In this document: in pieces, positions 1 to 14,311 of the stretch | Layout: every line of letters starts with the position of its first letter | How positions within the stretch are numbered: the stretch's first letter is position 1 | Source: Octopus vulgaris | Lineage: Eukaryota | Direction of reading: 5' to 3' | NCBI GenBank assembly: GCA_951406725.2 | Contig: OX597831.1 | Span: forward strand, 79,298,001-79,362,000 | DNA: 64,000 nucleotides | The notes under the pieces: generated by a model | What the model was told of the DNA's origin: nothing | What the model saw: the letters and a program-made list of their open reading frames with translations, nothing else | Databases searched by the model: none | Translations under genes and position numbers: made by a program

Positions 1-105
1 ATACATATATATATATATACATATATTTATACATATATATAAATATATATACATATTTTTTCTAGTTTCAGCTCAGAGCTGCGGCCATGCTGATGCACCG
101 CCGTT

Positions 106-169
<64 letters not shown>

Positions 170-1298
170 TATATATATATATATACATACACACACACAC
201 ACACACACATATATACATATATACATACATACATACATACATACATATACACGCTCGCAAACCCTCGGCGGTGCACGTCCTTTCCACCCCCACCCCCACA
301 TGAACAGGACTGACCTCCTTCCTTCAAAGAACGAACCCATACTTCCTTCTAACTTTTCTTTTGAAAGTACAAAAAAAAAAGAATAAGAATTTATAGAAAA
401 AATTTTTTTTTAAAACCCATTTGAAACAAAACAAAGAAAAAAAACACAGCAAAACACAAAAAAATTCAGCCTCGCCCTATCTCACACTCACTCCCACCAC
501 GACTACCACCACCGCAATCACTTCCCTCTCCACCTCCACTCCCAACGCCTCCATCACTATGGCCTCCCTTAGTTATTCCTCTCCCATTAACCTACGCCAT
601 CTTTAACTTACTATTGTTGCTAAATCAGGCCTCTCTTCCCCTTACTCTTTCCCCTCCCTCCTCATTATTCAAACTCTCCCCACTACTCTCTCCCTCCCTC
701 TCTCTTTCCAATGTTTTCTATTTACAAACCGCTTCCATACTTACTCACCTTTCCTTTCACTTTCTTCGCCAGTTCCCATTTTTTGTTGTTTGTTGTTTGT
801 ATTCTTTTCTTCATTTTTTAAAAAATTTTGTTCTTATTTTTGTGGTTGTTTGATTATATTTCTTTTTTTTTTTCATGTATAATTAATTTATGAGGCGACC
901 CCTACTTCTCGTTTGTGCTCCCTACTTCCCACTTTCAAACCAAGGAGCTCTTACCTTCTGCTGGATATAGTTTGTTTTAATTATTCACTAATCTATATCT
1001 CTCTCTCTCTCTCTCTCACACACACAAATACACACATATATACATAGACACACACACACACACACATATATACACATAAACATACGCATATATATATATA
1101 CATATGAGCTTGTATATGTGTGTGTACGTACATATATATATATTTGGATCTTGCTGTTTATTGCTGATGTTGTTGCTGCTGCGGCTGCTAAGTATTACCG
1201 TTATGTCGTGTTAAATTCCGGAATTTCTTATTGATGACTTTTATTTCCTTCTTTCTTTTCATTTTATTCTTCATCTTCTTTTTACATATCACTCCTGT

Positions 1299-1336
<38 letters not shown>

Positions 1337-1908
1337 TTAATGTCTCTCTCTCTCTCTCTCTCTTCCTCCCTTTGTCTTTACCTCGCTCTCTCCTCGTTTC
1401 TCTCTTTATTACTCGCTTTCCTTATTTCTCTCAATATTACTCGCTATCCCCCTCTGTCTCTGTCTCTCTCTCTCTCCATCTCTCTCTCCCTCTCTCTCTC
1501 CCCCCTTGCTGTACGTGTGTGCACCTATCTCTTTCTCTTTCTCACATATGTATTTCCCCATGAATTCCCCATATCTTCTTCAATACACGTTCTTTATATA
1601 TTTGTCCAACTGTCTTGCCCTTATTATTGCTGTACGTCAGCAGACACACTCACAAACATACACACACACACACTCACATACACACACCCTCACATACATG
1701 TATACATACATACGTACACAATGCACACATACATACATGTGCACGCACATATACGTATGTATGCGCATGCTTATGTATATAGAGATGAAAATAGATATAT
1801 ATGCCAATGAGGCATATATAAATGTAGATGTGTGTGTGTGTATACACACACGCATATCTATATACTATATATGTATAATATGCATTCTCTTTGTTTATTT
1901 TCTCTTAT

Positions 1909-1948
1909 TTCTTTCTGTTGAAGAGCGTAAGCTCGAAATGCAAAAGAC
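1909..1948 (+). ncRNA. Degenerate minimal hammerhead-like motif (same family as 28767)
   Basis: tcttt-CTGTTGA-a-GAGC-gtaa-GCTC-GAAA-tg-CA-aaaga. Stems I and II pair; stem III and the cleavage site are mutated relative to the 28767 copy. Confidence 0.45.
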
Positions 1949-2086
1949 TTTTTCATTTTTCCCGAGAGTCAAACGAATAGACATTCTCGTTGTTCATACA
2001 TCAATCTCCGTCTTTTGTTTTTCTATAAATTTCAACCAAATAGACAGACAGACAGACAGTTAGATAGATCGATAGATCGATAGATC

Positions 2087-2173
<87 letters not shown>

Positions 2174-2214
2174 GGATAGATAGACAGGTGCATGCATGTA
2201 TATTCAACACGGCC

Positions 2215-2297
2215 GGTCTTACCAATCGGTTTCGCACTAGGGTTTTAATGGAGTGTTAGGTAACCACCCGAATAAATATCCCTACGCTCTTCACATA
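2215..2297 (-). ncRNA. Hammerhead-like motif with long stem II
   Basis: Minus strand: GTGAAGA-gcgtaggg...ccctagtgc-GAAA-ccgattgg-TA-agacc. Stem II pairs, stem III is near-palindromic, GUA triplet, C3G core variant; stem I is weak. Confidence 0.5.
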
Positions 2298-2999
2298 TTA
2301 AATACAGAGCGAATTCAGATCCCTGTTGATACGTTTCTTTGTGTGCTGTATTGAGTACTTAATTTAAGTCCACTAATATAAGCGGTCGAAATTTGTGACA
2401 TCTATATAATGATTTGAAAAGCTCTACAGTTTACATTGTTGTTCGAATCCGATAAGTTATGTAAAAACTTATTCGTTTTTATGTATATTTATGTATTCCC
2501 AAAGGAAAATCAGTAACATTTCTCCATAATATTAATATTACGAAATATTAAAACGTCAAAACGTAAATGCTAGCTAGAGTTGCATACTAATATCTTGAGG
2601 ATCTACATCTCATGTAGCATACGTAACGCAATGAAACATCTAATAAATCTAAGGAACTGGAACCTATTTCTTGTTATATTTATCCTAATAATTTTGTCAC
2701 CATAGCTTGCAGGGGAAATTGCAACTATCAAGATAACGACTTATGGCCGACGGAAATTTATACATTTTTTCAATCTCTGGTTACTAAAGGTATATTCTCA
2801 GTCTCAGAAAAGATGGGGAACCTTAAACCATACATCGGAATATACGAGGGCAATTAAATCACAAATTGACTTTTATGCATGCAAAATAAAATATACTAAC
2901 ACTACAAAATTCGTCAAGTACACAGTATTTGAATAATACGAATATCGACATCTTCAATTTCATTTTCCACTCATTGGTCAACTTTCTGTTACGTCCTTA

Positions 3000-3223
3000 C
3001 TCTTTTACTCTGTTATTTGTTTTAGGCATGTGACTTCGGCCATGCTGGAGCACCGTCTTTTAGTCGAATAAATCGAACACGGGACATATTCTTTGTAAGC
3101 CTAGTACTTATTCTATCGGCCTCTTTTGCCGAACCGCTAGTTTACGAGGACATAAACACACTGACATCGGTTGTCAAGTGATGGTAGGCGGGGTCAAACA
3201 CATTCACTCAAATACATACATTC

Positions 3224-3256
<33 letters not shown>

Positions 3257-3471
3257 TAATAATATATAATATATATAATATATATATGCACACATAAAAT
3301 AAATATATATACTTATATACAACGGGATTCTTTCAGTTTCTGTCTACCAAAGCCACTCACGAGGCTTTGGTCCTCTTGAGGCTATAGAACAAGACATTTG
3401 ACCAAGGTGCCACGCGGTGGGACTAAACCCAGAACCATGTGGCTGGGAGGCAAGCTTCTTCCCACAGCCAC
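3000..3471 (-). mobile_element. tRNA-derived SINE, family A (CORE-like segment, internal microsatellite)
   Basis: Colinear with the copies at 25698 and 62452. Carries a tRNA-like head, a ggcaccttggtcaaatgtcttg core-like segment, an internal (CA)/(TA) run and the gctccagcatggcc 3' motif. Confidence 0.85.
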
Positions 3472-4737
3472 TTTGATAATGTAGCTCAGATAGGTTATAT
3501 CAAACCTTGATACCGCGTGGACTGAGACCCCCGAGGGTAGAGTCCTGATGTAAAATGATGGTTTAAACACTTAATTATTTGCGCCAATTCTTTGTATCCA
3601 CTTGACTTATTGCATATATAAACAGAATGGCTGATAATTTTCATGAGAACCCAATAAGGTTTCGAAACTTGAATAATGTTGTTCTTCATTTTTTAAATTT
3701 AAAAAGAAATGTTTAAATTTGGCCCGTTTAAGTATTACATAGGTTGTGCACACTCATATGCACGTGCACAAGTATATATACATAAACGTATTTTTCTCTC
3801 GTTTGCGTATTTAAATCGTTTGTTTTCATACTTCATGATGTTTACACAGTTGGTGACGTCTTGTACCCATATATGCATACACACACTCACAAACACACAT
3901 ACATATATATATTATTTATATTATTTTTGTATATTTATATATGTACAAGGTTACATTTCCAATTCATAATTAATCCAGTGACCATTTAACCAAGCAGCCA
4001 AGCCAATGGGCCGACCATCAAACAAACCAACTCAGCTAACAGACTAACCGGCCACCCTTCTGGCCGGCAAGCCAGTCAACCAGCTTAGCAAAAAGCATTC
4101 TTTCAAGTTCATACAACACTACAGAGATGACGTCACATATCACTTGCGCTAGGACGTAAGATGCAAAAATAAAAAAAATATTTAAAAAAGAATACATATA
4201 TCGATTTGATTGATGAAGTTTCAGAATCAATTAGTTTATTTTTGAAAGATTTTCATGGCGGAATTACAGAAAAACAAGAAAAACAACAACACGAAGAATA
4301 GAAACAATAACAAAAAATACAATACAAAAATGTATAACGATCGCCATTCGTTCCAAACATAGAAATAAAAAAAATGAAAAATTATATTTAAATAATAATA
4401 AAAACGAAAAGAGAAAAACTGAAGAACTAGCGAAAGCGCATAATGTAAATAAAGTATTGGGAATAACAACAAGAACAAGAACAACAACAACAACAACAAC
4501 AGCAACAACAATAATAATAATAATAAAATTAATGATAATAATAATATTAATTTAGTATTACTTTACATCGTATTTTTTTGTTTATTTAGATGTTGATGTT
4601 AATTACTTAATAATTTTAACGATTTATTCCTCTTTGAGTTTTCGTTTTAATATACTTACACACATACATATATATATATATATACATACATATATATACA
4701 TATATACAAACATATACATATATACATACATATATAC

Positions 4738-4788
<51 letters not shown>

Positions 4789-4827
4789 TATTTATATACA
4801 TACATACACATATATACATACATACAT

Positions 4828-4921
<94 letters not shown>

Positions 4922-5019
4922 GGTGGATGGATGCCTGGTTTGATTGATAAATAAATATAAAACAACAAGCGCATTAATGAAGAGATAAGATAAAAGTAAG
5001 ACAATCAATGTGATGTGTG

Positions 5020-5092
<73 letters not shown>

Positions 5093-5422
5093 GTATATGT
5101 GTGCTTGTGTGTTTACGTGTTCCTGTACATGGATATTATTTATGTGTATATGTATATGTTTGTTTGTGTGTGTGTGTGTGTGCGTGTAATGGAAAGTGTG
5201 TATGTGTGAAGATATTTGTTTGTGAAGAATTTTCTTCGTGAAAACATTGATTAAATCAAGGCAATGCAGGAGGCAAGGAAATAAAAAAAGGGGGAAAAGC
5301 GGAATACACGGAACGTCAGTTCGTGAATAAGAACGGAGAGATGAACCGTAATGGTGCAGAGGGGGGTGGGTGGAGAAGACGGGGGAGGGAACAGGAGATT
5401 ACTGGACTGCCGAGGCCATAGC

Positions 5423-6110
5423 CGATGATGATGGTGGAGGTGGTGGTGATAATGGTGATGATAATGGTGGTGAGGATGATGTTGAAGGTGGTGGTGATGA
5501 TGATGGTGATGATGATGGTGGTGGTGATGGTGGTGGTGATGGTGGTCGAGGTGGTGGTGGTGGAGGATGATTACGGGCATGATCATGCAAAAGAGGAGGA
5601 GGGGAGGAGGAGGGGAGGAGGAGGGGAGGAGGAGGAGGAGGAGGAGGGGAGGAGGAGGGGAGGAGGAGGGGAGAACGACGGCGATGATGATGATTTTGGT
5701 GATGATGATGATGATGATGATGATGATGACGACGACGATATAATGATGATGGTGGTGCTGGTGGGAGGGGGGGTAATGGTTGATTACGTTCATGATGATG
5801 TGGAGGAGGGAGAGGACAACGTCGTGATGATGAGGACGATGATGATGATGGTCGTGGTGGTGCTGACTGTTGGAGGAGTATGGTGATGGTGAATGGCAGT
5901 GATGTTTGATGGCGATGATGATGATGATGATGATGATGAGGAGGAGGAGGAGGAGGAGAAGGATGATGATGATGAGGAGGAGGAGGGGAGAAATATGATG
6001 ATGATGATGATAGTGGTGGTAATGATGATGATGAGGATGATGATGATGTTGGTGATGCTGGTGAGGAGGAGGAGGAGGAAGCGGAAGAGGAGGAGGAGAA
6101 AGAGGACAAT
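5423..6110. repeat. Compound trinucleotide low-complexity tract (GAT/GGT/GGA)
   Basis: Directly visible; generates the poly-H/P/S/D/E ORFs. Confidence 0.9.
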
Positions 6111-6244
6111 AACGATGTCAACAACGGGTGTCGACCCCTGTAGTACCTCTAAACTATTATCCAATGTGTCCCTATTGGTTTGTATTTCTTTATTTTTAAT
6201 GTATTGTGTTATTTTTGTTTACTATTTTCGTTTGTATTTATGTT

Positions 6245-6392
6245 GTAAGTTCAAATTTCCTCGAAGTCGTCTTTGCCTTTCACCCTTTCACGGTCGATAA
6301 AGCAAGTACCAGTTGAGCACTGGGGGAGGGTCGATGTCATCGACTAACCGCCTCCTCCGAAAATGCTGGCCTTTTGCCAAAATTTTAAACCC
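6245..6392 (+). mobile_element. SINE family B fragment (Meta-domain-like)
   Basis: gttcaaatt...tttgccttt...ggtcgataaagcaagtaccagttgagcactggg matches the copies at 35257 and 43622. Confidence 0.7.
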
Positions 6393-6821
6393 GTTTATTT
6401 CAGGATGGCCGAGTTCAACCAATGGAATCGAAATAATCAACTTAATCCCTTCCTCAGAATTCCAGGCCTTGTGGCTGAAAGTGAAAATATGGACGGTGTT
6501 GTTCAACACACCTAATTTGTGCCCCAACAGACTGATGGGACCGCATTTGATGGGTCCATTGGTTTACTAAAAAGGGAATATCGTGGACATTTAATAAGAA
6601 ATGTTGCTATCGTCTTTACGGTTGATCAAATGTTTGGTTCTGATTGAACGAAATATTTGATTGATTACGATTATACCATTCATCAATTAACCTCTCATTG
6701 GCACTGAGTATGGAAGATTAAATTATTCAGTATGTCACTCGATTTTAAAGAAGGGAGTCATTTGGCTGCTATTGTTAGCACGCCGAAGGATCTCATAGAG
6801 GACAGCGGTTGTGGTGCAGAG

Positions 6822-7455
6822 CAGCGGTTCCCAAACTTTTCGGCACTCCTGACCCGTTTAACCCATGGCCATTTTCCACAGGCCGAGAACAAGCGAATAA
6901 AAATCGCAATAAAGTAAAGAATCTATGATTTGATCATTACGCTTTTACTCTTTTATTTGTTTCAGTCATTTGACTGCGGCCATGCTGGAGCACCACACTT
7001 TAGTCGAATAAATCGACCCCATGACTTATTCTTTGTAAGCCTAGTACTTATTCTACCTTCTCTTTTGCCGAACTGCTAGGTTGCGGGAACGTAAACACAC
7101 CAACATCGGTTATCAAACGATGGTGGGGGACAAGCACAGAAACACACACACACACGCACACACACTTATATATATATATATACGACAGGCTTCTTTAAAT
7201 TTCCGTCTACCAAACCCACTCACAAGGCTTTGGTCTGCCCGAGGCTATAGTAGAAGACACTTGCCCAAGTTGCCACGCAGTGGGACTGAACCTGGAACCA
7301 TGGGGCTATTTATATGGCAAAATGCACCCAGCAGGCGGTGATATTCACTAAAACAAAAGTAAAATTTAAAACTTCATTCTTTCTGTGCGGCCCGGAACGA
7401 AATGATTTGCGGCCCGGAACGAAATGATTTGCGGCCCAGTAGTTGGGTGTTTCTG
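6822..7455. mobile_element. Old hAT/Charlie-like MITE interrupted by a SINE
   Basis: Left end cagcggttcccaaac; right end gcggcccagtagttgggtgtttctg (decayed TIR); subterminal tgcggccc repeats. Flanking 8-mers are diverged (gtgcagag/atatagac). Confidence 0.45.
6938..7303 (-). mobile_element. SINE family A, head partly lost
   Basis: Closely similar to 62452-62952 up to gaacctggaaccatg. Confidence 0.85.
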
Positions 7456-7913
7456 ATATAGACGACAGCTTTAGACGAGCAGTAACTGTTGTAGTAGCGG
7501 TATAAGGAGAAGGGAGTACACTGTGTTGGTGATGTTGTGATTATATACTAACCTGTGCTATGAATTTAGATGTCCATATAAATATGACAGGCATAGCAGT
7601 TCTATAAGGAATAAAACTAATGGTTGCCAGTCGGTCCAGTGATGACCAACCATAGTGATAAAAACAGGCGTACGCACGGATACAAAGTGACGTTTATTCG
7701 CATGCTCAGTCAGAGATATATACACAGAGACATCAATAGACGCATACAGCATGAAAGGCTGACTCACAAAAACATGTACACGCGGACCCGCCTACCCTCA
7801 TGCACAGGTACGCATGCGCACACAGGGTAAGTATACACAAACAAAAGCGTGTGCATGCCTGTATATATGTCTGTGCGTGCATGTGTGTACGCTTGTATGT
7901 ATGCATCTATATA

Positions 7914-7962
<49 letters not shown>

Positions 7963-8138
7963 ATATATATATATACATATTTTCATAAATACATTTAAAT
8001 GGAGAGTGGGGGTCTCGTATGCAAATAAGCAACATATATCTGTAAATAAAGAGACACACGCATGTATGTATATAGATATATACAAATACATACAAGGATG
8101 TATACTCGCACGCATACATACACAAGCACACGTATGTA

Positions 8139-8190
<52 letters not shown>

Positions 8191-8346
8191 TATAATATAT
8201 GATATAATGTATTAGTATATATAAATCGGATGTATAAACATGTATATAATTACTTGTATATTTTTATGTGTATACGTGTGCAAACGCGTATAACAGTATA
8301 ACTAATACATCAATCAAACGTTACGACACACACACACACACACATG

Positions 8347-8379
<33 letters not shown>

Positions 8380-8891
8380 GCACACACACGCACACACAAA
8401 CACACACACACACACAGACACACATCCACGTACACACACTCTCCAAACGTATATAACACCCTCAGCCGCAGGTTATCAATTTTCACAGGAAACCAAATCG
8501 AATTTCTTAATCTATCCGATTGACATCAACTGAATAGGATTAACCAAATTTGACAGTGAACATTTTGACAACATTTTCTGCCTAATTAAATTTACCGATT
8601 CCATCTGAGAGCCTGGTGGTGGCGCTTCATTACAACAGTGATGGCGAAGAAATCTCAAATATTCACTGTTATGCGTTTATCTATCTATTTTTGTATTTAT
8701 TTTGATTGGAGAACACTTTTCTTTTTGTTTTGTGTTGGAGATTTTGGGTTGTTGGTTTTTGGAGGTTTTTTTTTTTTTTTGGTAAAGGATTACTTTTCTG
8801 AGAAGATAGATTCGGTGTACAGAAGATGAAATATACACATTAGATGCCAGAGTATGAGTGATAGATACATATACACATATATGTATGAATG

Positions 8892-8959
<68 letters not shown>

Positions 8960-9054
8960 AAGACGCACATATATATCTATCTTTCCCTCTCTCAAAGGTT
9001 GTATTCATGCACATGTATATATAGAGAGGTAAACATACACACACACACATTTAC

Positions 9055-9090
<36 letters not shown>

Positions 9091-9391
9091 TTTCTTTCTA
9101 TATATATATATATAATCTTGTGTGTGTATATATAATGATGAATTATATAGATACCAAATTACCTATATAGATACCAAATTTATACATATATACATTACAC
9201 ACACATACGCATACACATGTATACATCTACACGCCCTTGTATACAGGTAAACAAATACATGGGTATGCACTAACACACACACATATATTTATATATATAT
9301 ATATGTATCAATTTATATATTATATACATATATATTATATATTATATACATATATATATACATACACACATATATATATATATACATATAC

Positions 9392-9423
<32 letters not shown>

Positions 9424-10572
9424 AATCTTGCGTATATATATATGTATATATAACGATGGATTACATAATGATATCAACTTACATAGTACAATTTATACAC
9501 GGACATATTACACTCAAGAGCACACACACACATACGCACATATATATGTATACATCTACAAGCGCTTGTACACACGTATATATATAAAGCTTATGTACTC
9601 ATATATGTACGCACACACACCAATATAGTTACGACACACCAACACAATCAAATATATATACTCATACGTACGTATCTATTTAGATGCATACATACAGACA
9701 TACATACATACATACATAAATATAGATATATACACACATAACAACATACACAGGTACGTATAAATATACATACATGAAACCAATATAAACATTGATAGAA
9801 TCATGATGATAGCTGTCTTCTCGTGAGACGAGTATGACCATTGCTGACCAGGTGAAGTGTTGGGTGTTGGTAATGACCTTATAAAGGTTTAAAATCGAGC
9901 GCAGTTTACACAGAACCACGATGACTTTCACTAGCAATACCAAGAAACCCAGAGGCAAGCAAAGTGGCATCATCGAGTTTTATATACGATTAAGCCGTCT
10001 CCTTGATTCTATGACCAAGTAGGATGCCTTGACAAAGTCCAGTGGTCACTCATTTCCAGTAGACTTACTGCACTCTCGGATACAAACCCGAATATTTTTA
10101 CGCCCCGGTGCATACAAACATACATGCGTGTAAATAAATATACATATATACGTAGATACGTACATGTAAATTTAAATTTGATTCTTGATAAACTCATATT
10201 CATCTTTGTCACTACTTGTAATCTACAAGCATAATATGCTTGCCAATGTAAGTCCAGGGATAACATAGATAATTATGCCGGTAGTATAACGGATACTTTT
10301 ATCCCTTAGGTGGTCATTCCAACCTCTAACTCTACTAACCTTATATATATATATATAAAAAGAGGGAGAGAGAGAGATTTTAACTTTCAATTCATGTACA
10401 CACACACACATATGTATACATGCTAACGTACATGCGTACATACAGGTATGTATACAACACGCATAAGTATACATACATACATACATAAACATATGAACAG
10501 GCATATGAATTATACCAAATTACAGTGAAGTAGTAAAAGAAGAAATTAGAAAGAAAGAAAGGGAAGAAAGAA

Positions 10573-10631
<59 letters not shown>

Positions 10632-11488
10632 CACGAAAGAAAGGGAAGGTGACCTGGCATATATCATTTACAAAAATAACAAAACCAATCAAAAACCAGC
10701 AAAGAAAAGCTAATGCAATACAAGATCTCATTAAACAGACGACATATAATAGCAGACGACACGTCCAAACGACACCTATGGTAAAATAACTGAAGTCATA
10801 CATATAAATACATATGCTTCTTGAGCAAAATTTAGGAAGAAAACTTTTTACACATTGTCTAAGTGTCTTTCTCTTAAGAATTCCATAATTAAAATATTCA
10901 CAATTTTTCGTGAAAATTAATTAAACATAATGAAATAATTAATAAATTATTCACACTGTATTACTGATGTGACAGACGACAGTGATAATACGGCGATTTT
11001 TACAACAAAACGAAAAGGAAGAAAAAAGTTGGTTCCATAATTTGAATAAAGAAAAAAAGAACAAAAAAATAATGATAATGATTTCTTTCGAATGATGATG
11101 ATGATTATGATGATGAAGTTGTTAATATGTGACGTGTGATGGATGCGATGTCATTTGCTTGTCTCCATTCGTGCGACGCTTGGAATTGAAACCGCGTATG
11201 AAGGTGAATTATTATCACCGTTGATCAAGACTTGACTTCTACAAAGGATTCCGAACAATACGACAAGCATATAAATTTACGGGTTTTAAATATTTGGCGA
11301 GAGAGAATCTTCCATTTTAAACACGTTTACCGTTTAGCCTTGCCATAATAGACGGGTAATGTTTAGCGGTTAGTTTATCTGAAGCGACAAGAACTAAAAG
11401 AAGGAAACTATGTTAAGTACAGCTGAGAAATTAAAATGCCGACTGAGAGACAACAGATTGCACGCTATGGGTGCAACCGTAATCATGC

Positions 11489-11544
<56 letters not shown>

Positions 11545-11612
11545 ATATGGTCTATATGTATATATATATACATATATATATGCACGCACTCATATATACA
11601 TATACAGGCATA

Positions 11613-11773
11613 GGCGTAGGTGTGGCTGTGTGGTAAGAAGCTTGCTTTCCAACCACAAGGTTCTGGGTTCAGTTTCAGTGAGCGGAACCTGGAGCAAGTT
11701 TCTTCTACTATAGTCTCGGCCCAAACAAGTGCTTGTGATTGGATTTGATAGACGAAAATTTTAAGAAGCCAGT

Positions 11774-11817
<44 letters not shown>

Positions 11818-12150
11818 AAAAGGGGAGAGAATGAAAAGAACGGAGAGAGATGAAAATGTGTAGGGGCTAAAGTTCAGCGTGGTGAAATGTGTATGTCTGT
11901 GTGCCTGTGTGTCTGTGTCTGTGCGTATGCATGTATGTTTCTATGTGTATGCTTTTGTGTCAGTGTTCATCCCCGCTACATAACCGCTTGACAACCGGTG
12001 TTGGTGTGTTTATGTTCCGGTAACTTAGCAGCTTGACAAAAGAGACCGACACGATAACTAACTCGGCGTAAAAAAAATAAGTCCTGAATTCGACTCCTTC
12101 GATGAAGACCTTTCAAGATGGCCGCAGTCAAATGACTGAAACAAGAGATG
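11613..12150 (+). mobile_element. SINE family A
   Basis: Head ggcgtaggtgtggctgtgtggtaagaagc (A box) and gggttcagt (B box), internal microsatellite, 3' ggccgcagtcaaatgactgaaac. Confidence 0.8.
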
Positions 12151-12494
12151 TGAGATAAAACATACATGTAAACATGTGTGTGTGTGAGTGTGTGTGCGCG
12201 CGCGTCTGTGTGTGTGTGACTACTAGTTTTTTTCTGCCCCTATCTCCTGAAGGAACGGTTCGGTAATGTGACGCTTATAATTAAATTGATTTATGTACAG
12301 TATTTACGTGCTAATATCAATATGAACATATTTATTAACCCATTATGTACCCAGGTTTGCTTGGCCAGCGACTGAAGATTTTCAAATAGCTGTAAAGATT
12401 TAAGAAGGACTACATTTCCGTCTTCTCAATTGATTTCTGTTTATTTAACATCGTTATTGAATGATTTGATCACATTTATAACATTTTATCAATC

Positions 12495-12569
<75 letters not shown>

Positions 12570-13002
12570 TATATACTGTTGTGTCTGGGGCGAGTCATTT
12601 TCTTTTTGTGCCTTATTATTTAACTCACTCAACGGTAAAATTTCCACTTTTTTCTTATTTTTATTTTCTAAAATTTTCGTTGCGTGTTTCAAACTTTTCA
12701 ATAGTATTGACTCTCTTATACATATAGACATATTCACATATATTCATATATATATACACACATATATATATATGAATTTTTTGCGTAATGAGATAAAGAA
12801 GAAGAAGAAGAAGAAGAAGAAGAAGAAGAAGAAGAAGAAGAAGAAGAAGAAGAAGAAGAAGAAGAAGAAGAAGAAGAAACAAAACAAATGAAATCCCCAA
12901 TAAAGCTAAAACAGCAACGGACCATGATAAAGTGATGGCAAGAAAAACCCCTTCGTAGCAAATACTGGGCTGTATAGATATTAGAGCATTTATAGATAGA
13001 AG

Positions 13003-13058
13003 GTCTTACAGCTGTTTCTAGAATATTAATTAATTAATAATATCACTTCATCGGGGAC
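13003..13058 (-). ncRNA. Minimal hammerhead-like motif (same family as 56398)
   Basis: Minus strand: gtcc-CCGATGA-agtgatattattaattaattaatattcta-GAAA-cagctg-TA-agac. Confidence 0.55.
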
Positions 13059-13106
13059 GGTGTGAGAGAAAATATTAACTCGTAGTTATTTTCGATGTGA
13101 TACACG

Positions 13107-13146
<40 letters not shown>

Positions 13147-13261
13147 CATATATACTATCACACATTATTTGTGGTTAACAAGTCCACCATTAGTTTCATG
13201 CCGAGAGCAGATTTCTTAACCTGACACATGGGACGTTGGTTACCCTCTTGAGAACATTAGC

Positions 13262-13334
<73 letters not shown>

Positions 13335-13586
13335 TATGTATGTATGTATGTATGTGTACGTATCAAGGGCAAATAATCCTGTCAGTAATATCCATTAAAA
13401 CGTTTTATAAATGCTAATTTTCTGTCCCAAGTTGTACCTGTAACTATATAATTTATTATCAAAAATCTTACACGTTTAAGTATAACACAAACGTATATGA
13501 TATCTTCATAAGATATTACTCTATCTGTTTTTCTAATTACATACTTACATTTTGGGGCGTAGAAACGTATGTGTATATATAAATAC

Positions 13587-13643
<57 letters not shown>

Positions 13644-13910
13644 TCTGCATACATATGTAAACATATATATGATAATGAATATATACACTCACATCCTCAC
13701 ATACACACAAATAGACACACTCACACATACACATACACACACATAATCGCACACATAATATTCCGCATAAATGTATTGCATCGCATTAATTTCTAACCCA
13801 AAGCAATCTTTACAGCAAGATTACGTTTGTTTACATACGCAAAAATAGCTATATGTGCGTGTGTATGTGTATGTATACTATACACACACACACACCTACA
13901 CATATTACGT

Positions 13911-13994
<84 letters not shown>

Positions 13995-14018
13995 ATATAT
14001 ATGTATATATATGTGTGT

Positions 14019-14052
<34 letters not shown>

Positions 14053-14245
14053 TATATATACATATATATATACACATATATATATATATACATATATATA
14101 TACATACATATATATATACATATATATATACATATATATATATAAATATATACATATATATATATACATATATGTATACAATGGTAGACTTGTTAACCAC
14201 AAATAATGTGTGATAGTAAATATACATATATACATATATACATAT

Positions 14246-14311
<66 letters not shown>

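Noticed and set aside
4419-4445. CTGAAGA-actagc-GAAA-gcgc hammerhead-like string
   Set aside because: No stem I or II pairing and no U at 16.1; probably chance.
5251-6300. Long Pro/His/Ser- or Asp/Glu-rich ORFs resembling transcription-factor low-complexity regions
   Set aside because: Open in several frames on both strands because of triplet repeats; no domain or splice support.
9820-10115. Possible mariner remnant (KQSGIIEF peptide, TIR-like end)
   Set aside because: Similarity too short and no partner TIR found.
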